Assembly: GCF_009914755.1 (NCBI RefSeq)
Contig: NC_060942.1
Source of the DNA: the human T2T-CHM13v2.0 reference genome, Homo sapiens
Length of the DNA: 64,000 nucleotides
Reading direction: 5' to 3' (one strand)
Shown: positions 14,291-27,645 of the stretch, piece after piece
Layout of the letters: each line of letters opens with the position of its first letter
Numbering within the stretch: position 1 is the first letter of the stretch
Notes under the pieces: generated by a model
What the model saw: only the letters and a program-made list of their open reading frames with translations
What the model was told of the DNA's origin: nothing
The model's database searches: none
Translations under genes and position numbers: made by a program

Positions 14291-14981
14291 TCTATAGATC
14301 TTCACGCTAAACCGTTATTACTGAAAACGGTGAAAATGCAGAAAGACTGGCTTTGCAGCAAATTGGTGTTTCTCAGCACACTCTGTTTTGTTTTTTACAA
14401 ACATCTCCTATTGTGAGATACATAGAAAAGGCCTGGAATCTTGCTGGGTGTTGTCACCTGGATGGAATAAGAGTGACACTCTTTCCATTTCTACCCACAT
14501 TTGTTGCTTTGCCTTCCCAGGCTCCTCTCTCAGAAGTGCTTCATTCTTTGACTATAATTAGGGGTGGAAAAGGTAAGGTTAAAAGAAATAGTCTTCACTT
14601 CTGCCTCCCCATTCTCCAGTAGAATGAACATGATGACTGAGGGAGGCTTCACCTATACCAGTGTTTGGAATGTCCCATTCTGTGTCATCCTGGAAGTTTT
14701 TACACCATAATTCAATTCACAGTGTGTGACAGGTGAGTCTTTTATTCCTGAAGTGGAAACCCTACAGTACGGAACAGCTGTGGAGGGGAAGGAATGAAAG
14801 AGAAACAGGCTAATCCTCCCCCAGGTTCTCAGGCAGGTCAGTTCTAGGAAGATGTACAAATAAAGTTGAAGATATGAAAATTGACTTTTAAAATAATTAT
14901 CCATATCTCTGTACACCTCAGAAAGTCTTTGTCTTTTTCAGGGATCTTCTCACTTTGTTGGATATCTGAAATGTGTATATG

Positions 14982-15267
14982 TTTTTTTTGGAAGCAGAGT
15001 CTCACTCTGTTGCCCAGGCTGGAGTACAGTAGCACAATCATAGCTCACTGCAGCCTTGACCTTCTGGGCTCAAGTGATCCTCCTGCCTCAGCCTCCTGTG
15101 TAGCTGGGACTACAGGCATGTGCCATCATGCCCAGCTAATTTTTTAATTTTTGAGGGAGACAGAGTCTCACTATGTTACTCTGGCTGGTTGCGAACTCCT
15201 GGCCTCAAGTGAACTGCCTTGGCCTCTCAAAATGCTGGGATTACAGGCATGAACCACTGGCCCAGCC
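14982..15267 (-). mobile_element. AluJ
   Basis: atcatagctcactgcagccttgacc J-type text; degenerate TSD tgaaatgtgtat / tgaggtgtgtat. Confidence 0.9.
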
Positions 15268-15416
15268 TGAGGTGTGTATTGTTATTGTTTGCTTTGATGT
15301 TGCTCCCTGCAACCCGAATCATGCCTTACTGCCAATTCCTAGAAGCATTTACTCCATTGCCAACAGTGAACTTTTATGGGAAATTGGGCTGGGGAGAAGT
15401 TCTAAAGTATGGGCCC

Positions 15417-15430
15417 GCCCTCCCGCCTGG

Positions 15431-15466
<36 letters not shown>

Positions 15467-15555
15467 CCTGCCTCCCTCCCTCCCTCCCTCCCTCCTTCCC
15501 TGCCTCCCTCCCTTCCTTCCTCCCTTCCTTCCTTCCTTCCTTCCTTCCTTCCTCC
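15417..15555. repeat. Compound microsatellite (CCTG)n(CCCT)n(CCTT)n
   Basis: Read directly; sits at the tail position of the adjacent minus-strand Alu. Confidence 0.95.
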
Positions 15556-15814
15556 AGGTTTTGTTCTGTTGCCCAGGCTGGAGTGCAGTGGCGCAATCAT
15601 GTCTCACTGTAGCCTCTACCTCCTAAGCTCAAGCAATACGCAGCTTCCTGAGTAGCTGGAACCACAGGTGTGTACCGCCTTGCCTGGTAAATTTTTTGTA
15701 GAGACAGGGTCTTGCTTTATTTTCCAGGTTGGTCTCAAACTCCTGGCCTCAAGTGATCCTCCTGCCTCAGCCTCCAAAGCATTATGATTATAGACATGAG
15801 CCACTGTGCCCAGC
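15556..15814 (-). mobile_element. AluJ
   Basis: gcccaggctggagtgcagtgg...gagccactgtgcccagc. Confidence 0.88.
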
Positions 15815-17479
15815 TGAGGTTATTTTCTATGTAAATCTCGATGTTCTGGAATTGGTGAGTGAATAAAAGCTGGTGTCCTTGTCTTCATGCTTAACAGTAT
15901 GGCATTTGAATACTTGCACAGATGCTTTCTTGAAACTTGTTTCTTAAAAAATCACAGGAGGTTATTCACCAAAGTCAATGAAACTGAAATGTTCTATGTC
16001 AGCAGGAGAATATGACTAGAAGTGCTCTCATTATATCCATTGGAAGCATTTCCTCTGAACCTCAAAATATATTATTACATTTCGGATGACATTAAGAGAT
16101 AGGTCTTTAGTCACGGAATTCTAGTAGGGGGGGAAAATGTAGTTTTGGTTATTTTCTTTATTATTGTTGTTAAAATGTGAATCATGCCCTTCAGTTGATG
16201 AATTCTCATTGAAGCTTCAATGGAAGGGGAAGATGAAATAACGTAAATGATAGCTATAATTAATTTTATACTAAGCTTCCTTGATGAAATTAATATTGTC
16301 AGATGGAAATGTAATTTAAGCAAAATATGCTTATATGCTCATGTAAGCTGAGTTACACATTTGGACTTTAAGAAAAAAATCACTCTTGCATTTCATAGAA
16401 CCGCTTACAAAATGATTTAGCTTAATTGTTTGTACAGCTTTCTAGACATTAGAGCTCTTTAAAGGAAATAAGGGCACATGAAATGAAAGAGAGAAAGACA
16501 AAGGGTCATTTTAAATTTGCTTATATTATTTTGAAAAAAAACCCATAATCTTGCAGGACACTTCTAATTCTCAAAAGAACTAGTTTTTAACATATATGTT
16601 ATTATACTCTGGCAGTGGTTTTGTGTTAGTAAACAAGAAACAATTCTGACACTTTAAAACAATCTAAATCTGAACTGAAATAAATCATATTGACTTGTTA
16701 AGTAAACTTCAAAACATATTGACCTAAGAGGTCAGCAAATGTTAGTGAAAAATACACAAGTCAATATTCATTGCATGCCTGAATTCTTTGTCTTTCTATG
16801 ACATTTCAAGCAATTTTAGTAACTGGTCAGGAAAAAGTGAAAAATAAGAAGCACCAAGAGAGCTCACTAATTTCAGATAAAATTTTCCATGTTCTCAAGA
16901 AATGCCCATAAACATCATACACTGACATTGATTATTATTCTGAAAAAAAATCTGCAACTTGTTTCTTAATATGAAACCAACCATCATGTAACATAATGGA
17001 AAGTTGCAAAATCAATCTTTAATATTTCTTCCCTTAAGAATCAACTTCCTGTTCCTAGTCAATAAAATACTTATTAAATTTACCAATTACAAGAGCTAAA
17101 GGCTCATTGACAGGAATACAAAAACTCCAGTTGATGGACCAGAAGAAAAGGTGGTTTACTGGTAAAGTCAGCATTCCTCTTTAAACCCACATATGGGAAT
17201 ATGTGATTGTAACTACCTTTTATTCCTTCAGAATATATTGAATTTATGCAGTTGTGTTAAAGGTATGGCATATTTATGTAACTGTAAAGAACAGGCGAGG
17301 TTGCCCTAGTCTTTGTGATTAAATGTCTGAACTATAGGTCTTGCTCTTAACCACTACGCTGTACTTTTCTCTCAAATACAGCAGAGTAGATGTATCCAAG
17401 TAATGCTTGGTCATTACCTCACTCCTGTGGCCACATAGGTTAGCTATAAAATTTCAGGGAGCAAGAACCAGTAGGAGGA

Positions 17480-17645
17480 AGGAAAGATACTGACATTTAT
17501 TTAGGGTTTACTTCTTGTGTCATGAAATGTATAGCTATTCTCCATGTGTGGTCTCATATTGTTCATTCAGCCACTCTGAGAAGTGATATTATTCCCATTA
17601 TACACATGAGAAAAATCTCAAGCAGATTGAACAGTTAAAACGTGG
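17480..17645 (-). mobile_element. MIR
   Basis: tattattcccattatacacatgagaaaa reverse MIR core. Confidence 0.55.
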
Positions 17646-17662
17646 TGGAATTAAGATTTTAA

Positions 17663-17952
17663 GGTTTAGAGACAGGGTCTCACTTTTTCACTCAGGCTTA
17701 AGTGCAGTGCTACCATTATAGCTCGCTGTAACTTCGAACTCCTGGGCTCAAGCAATCCTCGCACCTAAGCCTCCTGAATAGTTTGGACTCCAGGTGCGTG
17801 TTAACCTGCCTGGCTAATTTTTAAAATTTCTTTGTAGAGATGAAGTCTTGCTATGTTGCCCAGGCTGTTCTTGAGTTCTGGGCCTCAAGGGATCCTCCCA
17901 CCTTGTTCTCCCAAATTGCTGGGATTATAGGCATGAGCTACTGTGCCTGGTC
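17663..17952 (-). mobile_element. AluJ
   Basis: Alu dimer with TSD tggaattaagatttt on both sides. Confidence 0.9.
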
Positions 17953-18069
17953 TGGAATTAAGATTTTTAACCGAGGCCTGTATGTTATCTCAGTAGTTAT
18001 TTATTGCATCTGTGATTGTAATTACCCTATCTTTTTTGTTACTGATCTTTGTCTTCTAGCCTTGATGTA

Positions 18070-18920
18070 TGTCTAACATCTCCAATTTATTATGTCCCAA
18101 GCCATTCATTACTTTCCTTTTCAAAGCTGTTCCTCTCTTGTGCCCAGCCTCTCACGATAGAAATCTTAACTCCCCACTGCCCTTGCCCTTCTGGTTCATT
18201 ATGTGTAATTACTCTTTAAGTCTCTCAGAGTCTTGCTAAATAGATCTCAGGTTCCTTTGCATCTTGATGAAGCATCTATTAATATTCTTCCTCACGCAGA
18301 AAACTACTGTAGACATAGACTCCTAAATACAGTGGCCACATGCTCCTAGTGGTCCCACATTGTGATCTGCTCTCCACAGTACAGCTAGAATTATCTTTCT
18401 AAAGTGCAAATCCAATCATAACACTATCCTTTAAAAATCTCTGCAAGTCTCAACACAGTGTCTCCAGGATGAAAATCTAATTTCCTTATCTGGTCACAGT
18501 AACGAAATTTGCATGCTGGCTCCCATCTGCCTTTTCTTTCTTTTTTTTTTTTTTATTATACTTTAAGTTTTAGGGTACATGTGCACATTGTGCAGGTTAG
18601 TTACATATGTATACATGTGCCATGCTGGTGCGCTACACCATCTGCCTTTTCAACTCCACTTCTGGTTTTCATTCTAGTGTCCTGTGTACTTCAGTTCCGC
18701 AGAACGAGTTGCCATTCTTGACCTGAAAATCCTCCACTTGAAGTGCCTTGATTTCATTTTCTTCCTTATTTGGGGGAAACCCTATGCTTTCTCTCTAGGG
18801 CCCATGTAAATGTCACCTTCTTTGTGAAGACCTTGACCAACCTCCAAGCTGATTTAGTTTGTCCCATTTCTGCATCAAGAGCTCTTTTGACCTGTGGGAC
18901 TTCCCTCATTGTATTACATT
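18070..18920 (+). mobile_element. L2 fragment (interrupted by a short L1)
   Basis: ctccacagtacagctagaattatctttctaaagtgcaaatc; aatgtcaccttctttgtgaagacc. Confidence 0.6.
18537..18637 (-). mobile_element. Very short 5'-truncated young L1 (L1PA2 or non-Ta L1Hs)
   Basis: Poly-T plus ttatactttaagttttagggtacatgtgcacattgtgcagg...ggtgcgct; 14-bp TSD ccatctgccttttc at 18523-18536 and 18638-18651. Confidence 0.93.
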
Positions 18921-18933
18921 AAAAAACAAAACC

Positions 18934-19245
18934 AGCCGGGCTCGGTGGCTCACACCTGTAATCCCAATACTCTGGGAGGCTGAGGTGGGCGGATGTTTGA
19001 GATTAGCCTGACCAACATGGTGAAACCCCTGTCTCTACGAAAATATAGAAAACAAATTAGCTGGGCTTGGTGGCGCGCACCTGTAATCCCAGCTACTCAG
19101 GAGGCTGAGGCAGGAGAATCGCTTGAACCCGAAAGGCGGAGGTTGTAGTGAGCCGAGATTGCGCCACTGCACTCCAGTCTAGGCAATAGAGCAAGATTCT
19201 GTCTCAAAAAAACAAAAATAAAAAACAAACAACAACAACAACAAC
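18934..19245 (+). mobile_element. AluS (Sq/Sp-like) with small internal deletion
   Basis: gccgggctcggtggctcac...; ggcggat joined directly to gtttgag; (CAA)n tail. Confidence 0.9.
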
Positions 19246-19327
19246 AGAACCTATGTGTCTCCTCTGTAAGACTGAATCTCTGAAGGAAGAGTAAGAACTG
19301 GCTGCCTCATTTCTTTTTGAATTATAA

Positions 19328-19654
<327 letters not shown>

Positions 19655-19709
19655 AAGAAGAATTTTTTTTTTTTTTTTTAAGTAAGACATTTTATAATTT
19701 TCAGGGCAA

Positions 19710-20162
19710 TTGTTGTCAGGATTTTTGGCCACAAGTGAAAGAAATCCAATTCAAACTGGCCTAAGCAGAAAAGGAAGTTTACTGCTTCATGAGGCTGAAA
19801 AGCATGAAGAGGTCCTGGTCCTCAATATGCCTCCAGGATCCTTGTCTCTCAGGTCTGTGTGGCTTCATTCCTGGGTGGAATCTCCCCCGCAGCAGCTCCA
19901 GGGTAGTTACCCCCCATTGAAAAGAAAGCTTCTCTTTCCCAGGCTTTCCAATTACAATATTGAAAGGGAGTCTAATTGGACCAAAATGGTTATGTACCCA
20001 TTTGAAGCCTATCATTGGGTTTGCGAGTATGGGCTCGGTGGCTGGCCTGCTCACTCTGCACTGAGGGTGGGGGAGGCATGGCTTCCTGAGGAACACTGAG
20101 ATGTTGTTACCAAAATAAGGGGAAAAGGATGCTGGGAAAATAAAGGCAACATATGTCTATTA
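19710..20162 (-). mobile_element. Old MaLR LTR (MLT1K/L-like)
   Basis: caagtgaaagaaatccaattcaaactggcctaagc...tgttaccaaaataaggggaaaaggatgctggg. Confidence 0.65.
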
Positions 20163-20764
20163 TATGGTGTCAGGGTGAAAAAAAAAGCACTAGAATGCAA
20201 GTTAGGATTTCTGAGTTCTTTTAAAGGCATAATGTTGTATACTTAGTTGTTAACTTATATGTGAACTGGGGAAATTTGACCATAATGTATTCCGTGATTG
20301 TCTATAAAGCCAGGAAACCCTAAGTTATATTAAAACTGGAAAAATTATTCTTTAGATGGCAGTTTATTGTAATCTTGTCAAATAAGTAATTCAAGTAATT
20401 CTGTGTTGACATAACTCCTCCCAAACCTATAAACTCAGTGAGCTCTAGCGTAGCTAACTAGAGGCCCTGCTACCCAGTAGGGACATCTTTGTTGCCAAGA
20501 CTCTAGGTGATACCCCAAGTCTTGAGGCATTTAGGAAGCCAATCAAATTGTATTACAGATATATTTCGGAAACTTGAGGCAGACACTCACTTCCTAAAGC
20601 ATTGCATCTCAAAATGAAATATGGCTGAAACACCTGAGAATTTCCCAGTGTGAAATGATTTGGGTCTCTGTGCCAATTTCCCTATTCTCACCTAGTAAAG
20701 ATTCAGTGAAGAAAATGAAAAACTCTCTAGGCATTCTAAACATAGAGAGATTTAAGACAGGGAC

Positions 20765-21113
20765 TATCTTAGTCCATTTTGTGCTGCTGTAACAGAATAC
20801 CTGAAACTGGGTACTTTATGATGAGCAGAAAAATGATGGCTCATAGTTCTGGAGGCTGGAAAGTCCAATATCAAGGTCCAGCATCTGGTGAGAGCCTTCT
20901 TGTTGCACTGTACATGGTAGAAGACATCACATGGTGCCCGAGAAAGAGTAAAAGGAGGCAAATCCACTCCCATGGTAATAGCATTGGTCCGTTTGTGAGC
21001 ACAGAGTCCTCATTACGTAAACACCTCCTCAACATCCCACCTCCCAATGTCATCACAATAGCAATTAAATTTCAACATGAGTTTTAGAGGAGACAAGCAT
21101 TCAAACCATAACA
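20765..21113 (-). mobile_element. MaLR LTR (MSTD/MLT1A-like)
   Basis: tcttagtccattttgtgctgctgtaacagaatac...tttcaacatgagtttt...attcaaaccataaca. Confidence 0.85.
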
Positions 21114-21477
21114 GAGCTTTATGTGCTTACAAAATCATTGAAAGGGATATGGGAATAAGGTATAGGCTGGGATTCTAGAATGATCTAGAACTGACTCACT
21201 AGGGGAGCTAGCATGAGTTCAACAACTCATCACTGTAGATGCGGTCCCAAGTTCAAAAAGTTGCTGCTGCTGCCGTGCTCACTACTGAAACAGCCTCCTG
21301 ACATCCAGAAAGCTGGAAGGTGGACACCTATGGCTGTAAGTCATGGATTAGAAAGCCAGAATCAAGAATCCACTACTATACGAGCTGTCACCACAACTGC
21401 ATGTCAGCACCAGGAAGCTAGAATATTTCTGAAGAAAAGCTGTTTCTATAACCTTGCTTGCCAAAATAAACAGCCAA

Positions 21478-21846
<369 letters not shown>

Positions 21847-22249
21847 CTAATATGCTAAGCCTTATTCGTATCCAGAATCCTAGTGATTTTTAGGTTTTCA
21901 ACCTTTCCAACTAGGATGAGGCCATAAGGGTGATTGAGAAAGCCAAAATGTGGTGAACTGTTGCAGGTTTTTTTTTTTTTTAAATACAACTTTTCCTAAT
22001 TATGTCACATGTGTAGTATATGACTCATAAAAGTATAATATATTTAAACATATTGTATTGTGACACAAAATATATCTTAGAGAGCTTTCTTCATGAGTGG
22101 ATGTGAATGGAGCCCCCCCCTTTTTTTTAAACAGTGTCTGGTTTGTGCATATAAGTTGTTTCTAGTTTTTGCTGGAACTAAAACTGCAGCAGAAACATAC
22201 TTGCATGTACATTTTGGTGCATATGTGTGTTTTCATCCACCAAACATGC

Positions 22250-22702
22250 AGTTTGAATTGCCCCAAAAATGATGGCAAGAGAATTCCCACAAGAGAATGC
22301 CCCAAACCAGATATGAGGCTGGTTGGGATTTCAAAGAAGGACTAAATACCAGGGTAATTAGTCCAAAGTGCTTATTAGGGGAACCTACTTATAGAATACT
22401 GCAGCAATGTTTGTGAGGGACATCAAGAGAAAAGGGGTGTTCTATCTAGGTACGTCTACAGCAAGAGGGTCAGGGTATGAAGTTTGTGTGAGAGTTTAAG
22501 GAATTTGGTACAAGGCCAGGACCAGTTTCTTTCAGTGTTTTGGGCAACGACATAGATACCTTTATCAGTGCCTGGAAATGTTCAAGGCCCCAGTTTGAGT
22601 AAAAAAATCCTGCAGCTGGCTGGGTCACAGAGTGGTCAAGACACTCTTGTGATTTCTGGTCAGGACACAAAAAGAAAGCTGAGAGGGAAGGGGGACACTA
22701 CA
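22250..22702 (-). mobile_element. ERVL LTR (LTR53/MER74/MER88 group)
   Basis: tttatcagtgcctggaaatgttcaaggcccc...gctgggtcacagagtggtcaag...ggggacactaca; subfamily uncertain. Confidence 0.6.
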
Positions 22703-22704
22703 AT

Positions 22705-23285
22705 GTGAATGATTTTATGGCATAGATTCTTCAAATTCAGAAGCATCCATATTTAAATTTTGTCAGATATTGCCAAATTTCAAGAGCAAAAATATTGAAA
22801 CAAAGTATCTTCCACTGACCAGTTCAGGAGGTTCTTGCTTTGCTCAAGTCTTTGTGAATACTAGATGTTTACTTTTTGCCATTCTAAAGACTAAAAAATA
22901 ATATTTCACTGTTTAATTTGCATTTTTGGATTATGATTGAAGAGGTCTCTTTTTTGGCGATTTTTTTTTTGATATTTGTAGTTCTATGAATTGCCTGTTC
23001 ATAGACTTCACCCATTTGAAAATTTGAGTTGTCATTTTCCTATGATTTAAGGAAATTCCTTTAATAAATAACATTTCATTGTCTATTATGGGTTTCAAAT
23101 ATATCTCATTATCTGTCTCTTATAATTTTGTTTTATGGTATCCTTTTTTTGTACAGAAAGTTTACATATTTATATCATCAGATTTGTCCATCTTTTTCTT
23201 TATAGTTTCTATATTTTGAGTTGTGTTAGGAAGGCCTCTCATATGCTAATATTATTGAAATATTCTCCTCCATTTTATTTTGGAT
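22705..23285 (-). mobile_element. Old L1ME fragment
   Basis: tttaatttgcattt...tgaattgcctgttcata antisense L1 ORF2-3' text. Confidence 0.55.
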
Positions 23286-23286
23286 G

Positions 23287-24076
23287 TTGTCTTAGTCCAT
23301 TTTCTGCTGCTATAACAGAATACACAGACTGGGTGATTTATAAAGGACAGAATTTTATTTGGCTCATGGTTCTGGAGGCTGGGAAGTCGAAGAGCATGGT
23401 GCCAGCATCTGGCAAGGGTCATCTGTGGTAGAAAGCAGAAGTCAGTGCGGGAGACAGAAGGACAAATTGGGGGTCAAACTCCTATGATGACTAACCCACT
23501 CTTGTGATAATGGAATTAATTCATTCATGATGGCAGAGCCCTCATGGCCTGATTACCTCCTAAAAGCCCCATCTCTCAGTACTGTTACAATGGTAATTAT
23601 TGTCAGGCCTCTGAGCCCAAGCTAAGCCGTCATATCCCCAGTGACCTGCACGTATACATCCAGATGGCCTGAAGCAACTGAAGATCCACAGAAGTGAAAA
23701 TAGCTTAACTGATGACATTTCACTATTGTGATTTGTTTCTGCCCCACCCTAACTGATCAATGTTATTTCTAATCTCCCCCACCCTTAAGAAGTTTCTTTG
23801 TAATTCTCCCCACTCTTGAGAATGTACTTTGTGAGATCCACCGCTGCCCCCAAAACATTGCTCTTAACTCCACCGCCTATCCCAAAATCTATAAGAACTA
23901 ATGATAATCCCATCACCCTTGCTGACTCCTTTTTCGGACTCCGCCCGCCTGCACCCAGGTGAAATAAACAGCTTTGTTGCTCACACCAAAGCCTGTTTGG
24001 TGATCTCTTCACACGGACACGTGAAACAATTATGTTTCTAACACATTAATTTGGGGGACATATTCAAACCATAACA
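23287..24076 (-). mobile_element. MaLR LTR (MSTD/MLT1A-like) split by LTR7B
   Basis: tgtcttagtccattttctgctgctataacagaatac... resumes after 24033 and ends ttcaaaccataaca. Confidence 0.8.
23601..24028 (+). mobile_element. HERV-H solo LTR (LTR7B-like)
   Basis: tgtcaggcctctgagcccaagctaagcc...cacacggacacgtgaaaca; TG...CA ends; 5-bp TSD attat. Confidence 0.93.
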
Positions 24077-24097
24077 ATAAAACGTTTATGAAAATCA

Positions 24098-24833
24098 ATG
24101 TTAAGGGCACAGCCCTGCACAAGACTGCTCTTATTTCAGATGCCAGTTGCAAGTTTGGGGGTCTCTGGGGCCACCCTTCCTTCTGACCAACTAGATACAT
24201 ATTCAAAGGTTCGTATGGCTACCCTCAGGTTTAATAATTCACTAGAAAGACTCATAGAATGCCCCAAAGTGCTATACTTATGATTATAATTTTAACATAG
24301 CAAAAAAATACAACTCAGAACCAGATTAAAAAAATGCATAGCTTCCAGTTATCTTCTCCCTGTGGATTCCTTCATCATGTTACTGCTTCCAGCTCTGGTG
24401 TGTGACAATATTCAGAGTGTTGCTAACCAGGAAAGTTCACCCAAGCTTTGATATCTAAAATTTTTATTGAAGTTTCATTGCATAGCATAATTGAATTGTT
24501 GGCCATGTGGTTAACTCAATTTCCAGCCCCTTCTGTTGGGGAGATCAGTCTGATACCATGTGGCTCAAAGCCCCAACCCTTTAATCATGGCCTTGGTCTT
24601 TCTGGTGTGGCCAGTCTTCATCTTGAGTTAACTCTTTAGCACAAACTATCTAGGGGCCCATTATGAGTCATCTGACTATCAGGTGTGGTCTGAGGAACCC
24701 ATTATGAATAACAAAGACCCTCCAATCACTGGAGGTATTTTAAGGGTTTAGAGGTTACTTCCCAAGAGCTGGCACAAAGGTCATACCTCTCTTTGGGTAA
24801 ATTTACTACACAGATGTGGTATTCTTTACTACA
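24098..24833 (-). mobile_element. MER21-family LTR
   Basis: ttaagggcacagccctgcacaagactgc...ttctgaccaact...ataacaaagac...attctttactacaca. Confidence 0.75.
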
Positions 24834-24952
24834 CAGATGTTTTAATTTAAAAACTTTTAGATTTTTAACATTTTTGGAATATTTTTATGACTTGCATAAT
24901 ATACAGATTAAACTTAATTTTTTCCCCAATGAGTAGCTAGTTGTTTCAATAC

Positions 24953-25643
24953 TGTTACAGGTAGATAGGCATGAGCGGGGCAGGAGAGGGCTCTTCCCAC
25001 CACCCACTAGAAATGTTGGATGATGGTTCGGCAGTTATTGCATTGCATCTTTAAAAGTGATAAATTGGCAGCTGGCCCCAGGGAGAGGCCATTTTCTGAT
25101 GGTCCACACCTGTTAACATTAAAATGTTAATTGAATGCAGGCCCCAGAGAGAAGCAGCTTCTTGGGCATGCACATTAAGAGACAAAAATGGCGAAGTATG
25201 ATCTTCCCGGATCACTCCGCCCGAAAAAGGAAGAAAGCCTCAGATGGGCATGCATACAAATCCTAAGCATACTGCATGTGCTCAGTTCCCAAGGGTAAGG
25301 AGGCACCGCATGCAGAAAACCCACCCTAAGGGAAGAATCATGGGAAAGAGGTGAGCCTATAAAGTCCCAGGATCAAATTTAAAGGTGCTTCTTTTGTCTC
25401 TCTTTTCTCCTTGACCTTCAGGGGCTCACTTGAATCTCTTCCAAGGGTTCTTTACTTTCTTTGCTGTTCTAAAGCCTTTTTAATAAACTCCCACTCCTGC
25501 TCTGAAACTTGCCTTGGTCTCTTTTTCTGCTTTATGTCCTTCAGTCAAGTTCTTCTGAGGAGGCAAGGACTGAAGTTGCTACAGACCCATACGAATACGC
25601 TTGTGGTAACTCGGTGTAACTCAAATCCCTGCCGCCACTAAAA
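24953..25643 (+). mobile_element. MER50 solo LTR (ERV1)
   Basis: tgttacaggtagataggcatgagcggggcaggagaggg...; 4-bp TSD atac. Confidence 0.85.
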
Positions 25644-25647
25644 ATAC

Positions 25648-26560
25648 CACTTATTGAATATTATATCCTTTCCTATTATTATGAAGTACCATCATAATGG
25701 TGTACTAAATTTTCATATGTACGTGGCTCTGCGTATGTATTTCTATTTTGGCTAATTCATCTTTCTATACCAGTGTTAATATCACACTGTTCTAATTACT
25801 ATAACTTTATAGTGTTTTTTTAATATTATGCTTTGATAACTAATAGATCAAATTTGACTAAACTATTCTCTTCTCAAAATATTTTGGCTCTTCTTATACG
25901 TTTTCTTTTCTAGATAAACTTTATAATTTTGACAGATACACAAATACATTCTCAATGAGATTTTTATTGGAATTACATTGACTTTATGAATTATTTAAGA
26001 GCAATTAGAATATTGAGTTTTCTCACTCAAGATGATGGTAATGTATTCTATTTACTCAGTTCCTCTTAAAAATGTCCTTCAGCAGAATATTATTTCCTGT
26101 CTGTATTTCTTGCTTGCTTTTAAAGATTATTTCTAGGTATGCTGTTTGTTGGTATGCAATTGTCAATGCATTTTTTTTTACTCTTTCTGAGTATTGCTTT
26201 TAGATAGGAAAGCACTGAATTTATGTTTAAATCTAGTGCATCATTAGAGTATATTTATTAGTCCTCATAGTTTTTCAGTTACTTATTTTGGGCATTTTTA
26301 GATATACAATTATATCACCTCCGCAAACATATTATTGTCTTCTCATGAATAAATATTAGGATATAGAGGTACAGAAAATAATGTGGAATAAGAAGTATTG
26401 TTAGCAGGCACCACTGTTCAGTTTATAATTTTAATGTAAATGTTTATAATATTTTACTTTTAAGTAAGATGTTTGTCATATATTTCTGTATTATATCCTT
26501 TGTCAATTTTAGTAAGTTGCTTCTATTTGTATCACACTAAAAATTTTAATCAGGAGTGAG
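25648..26560 (-). mobile_element. Old L1ME ORF2 fragment
   Basis: cacactgttctaattactataactttatag; tttattggaattacattga. Confidence 0.6.
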
Positions 26561-26565
26561 GGCTT

Positions 26566-27645
26566 AAAGCAATACTAAGCAAAAAGAGCAATTCTGAAGG
26601 CAACGCATTACCTGACTTCAAACTATGCTACATGGATATAGTTACCCAAACAGCATAGTACTGGTATAAAAATAGTCATATTAGAACAATGGAACAGAAT
26701 AGAGAATCCAGAAATAAAGCCAAATCTTTATAGTCAACTGATCTTTAGCAGAGCATACAAAAACATAAAGTGGGGAAAGGACACCCTACTCAACAAATGG
26801 TGCTGGGTTAATTGGCAAGCCGCAAAGTAGAAGAATGAAACTAGATCCTCATGTCTCACTTTATACAAAAATCAACTCAAGATGGATCAAAGACTTAAAT
26901 CTAAGACCTGAATCCATAAAAGGTCTGGAAGATAACATCGGAAAAACTCTTCTAGACATTGACTTCGGCAAAGAATTTATGACCAAGAACCCAAAAGCAA
27001 ATGCAGCAAAAACAAAAATAAATAAATGGGATCTAATTAAACTAAAAAGCTTCTGCACAGCAAAAGAAATAATCAGCAGGGTAAACAGACAACCCATAGA
27101 GTGGGAGAAAACATTTGCAAACTATACATCTGACTAAGGACTAATAACCAGAATCTACAAGGAACTCAAACAAATCAGCAAGAAAAATACAAGTAATCAC
27201 ATCAAAAAGTGAGTAAAGGACACAAACAGACAATTCTCAAAAGAAGACGTATAAATGGCTGACAAACATATGAAAAAATGCCCAACATCACTAATCATTA
27301 GGGAAATGCAAATTAAAACCACAATGAGACACCACGTTACTCCTGTGAGAATGGCCGTAATTAAAAAAATTTAAAAGATATTGGAGTGAATATGGTGAAA
27401 GAACACTTTTACACTGTTGGTGGGAATGTAAATTAGTACAACCTCTAGGGAAAACAGTATGGAGATTCTTTAAAGAATGAAAAGTAGAACTACCATTCGA
27501 TTTAGCAATCCCACTACTGGGTATCTATCCAGAGGAAGAGAAGTCATTATGTGAAAAAGACACATGCACATGCATGTTTGTAGTGGCACAATTCACAATT
27601 GCAGAAACATGGAACCAACCTAAATGCCCATCAACCAATGAGTGG
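26566..27645 (+). mobile_element. L1PB ORF2 3' fragment (disrupted)
   Basis: ORF 26835-27137 [25 protein letters not shown]...[15 protein letters not shown] is the L1 ORF2p C-terminal region. Confidence 0.92.

Noticed and set aside
15173-15655. Several overlapping ORFs up to 160 aa
   Set aside because: They are stop-free only because they run through the CCTG/CCCT/CCTT microsatellite and Alu sequence.
26835-27137. 100-aa ORF with real protein similarity
   Set aside because: It is a fragment of L1 ORF2p in a truncated, stop-disrupted L1PB, not a host gene.
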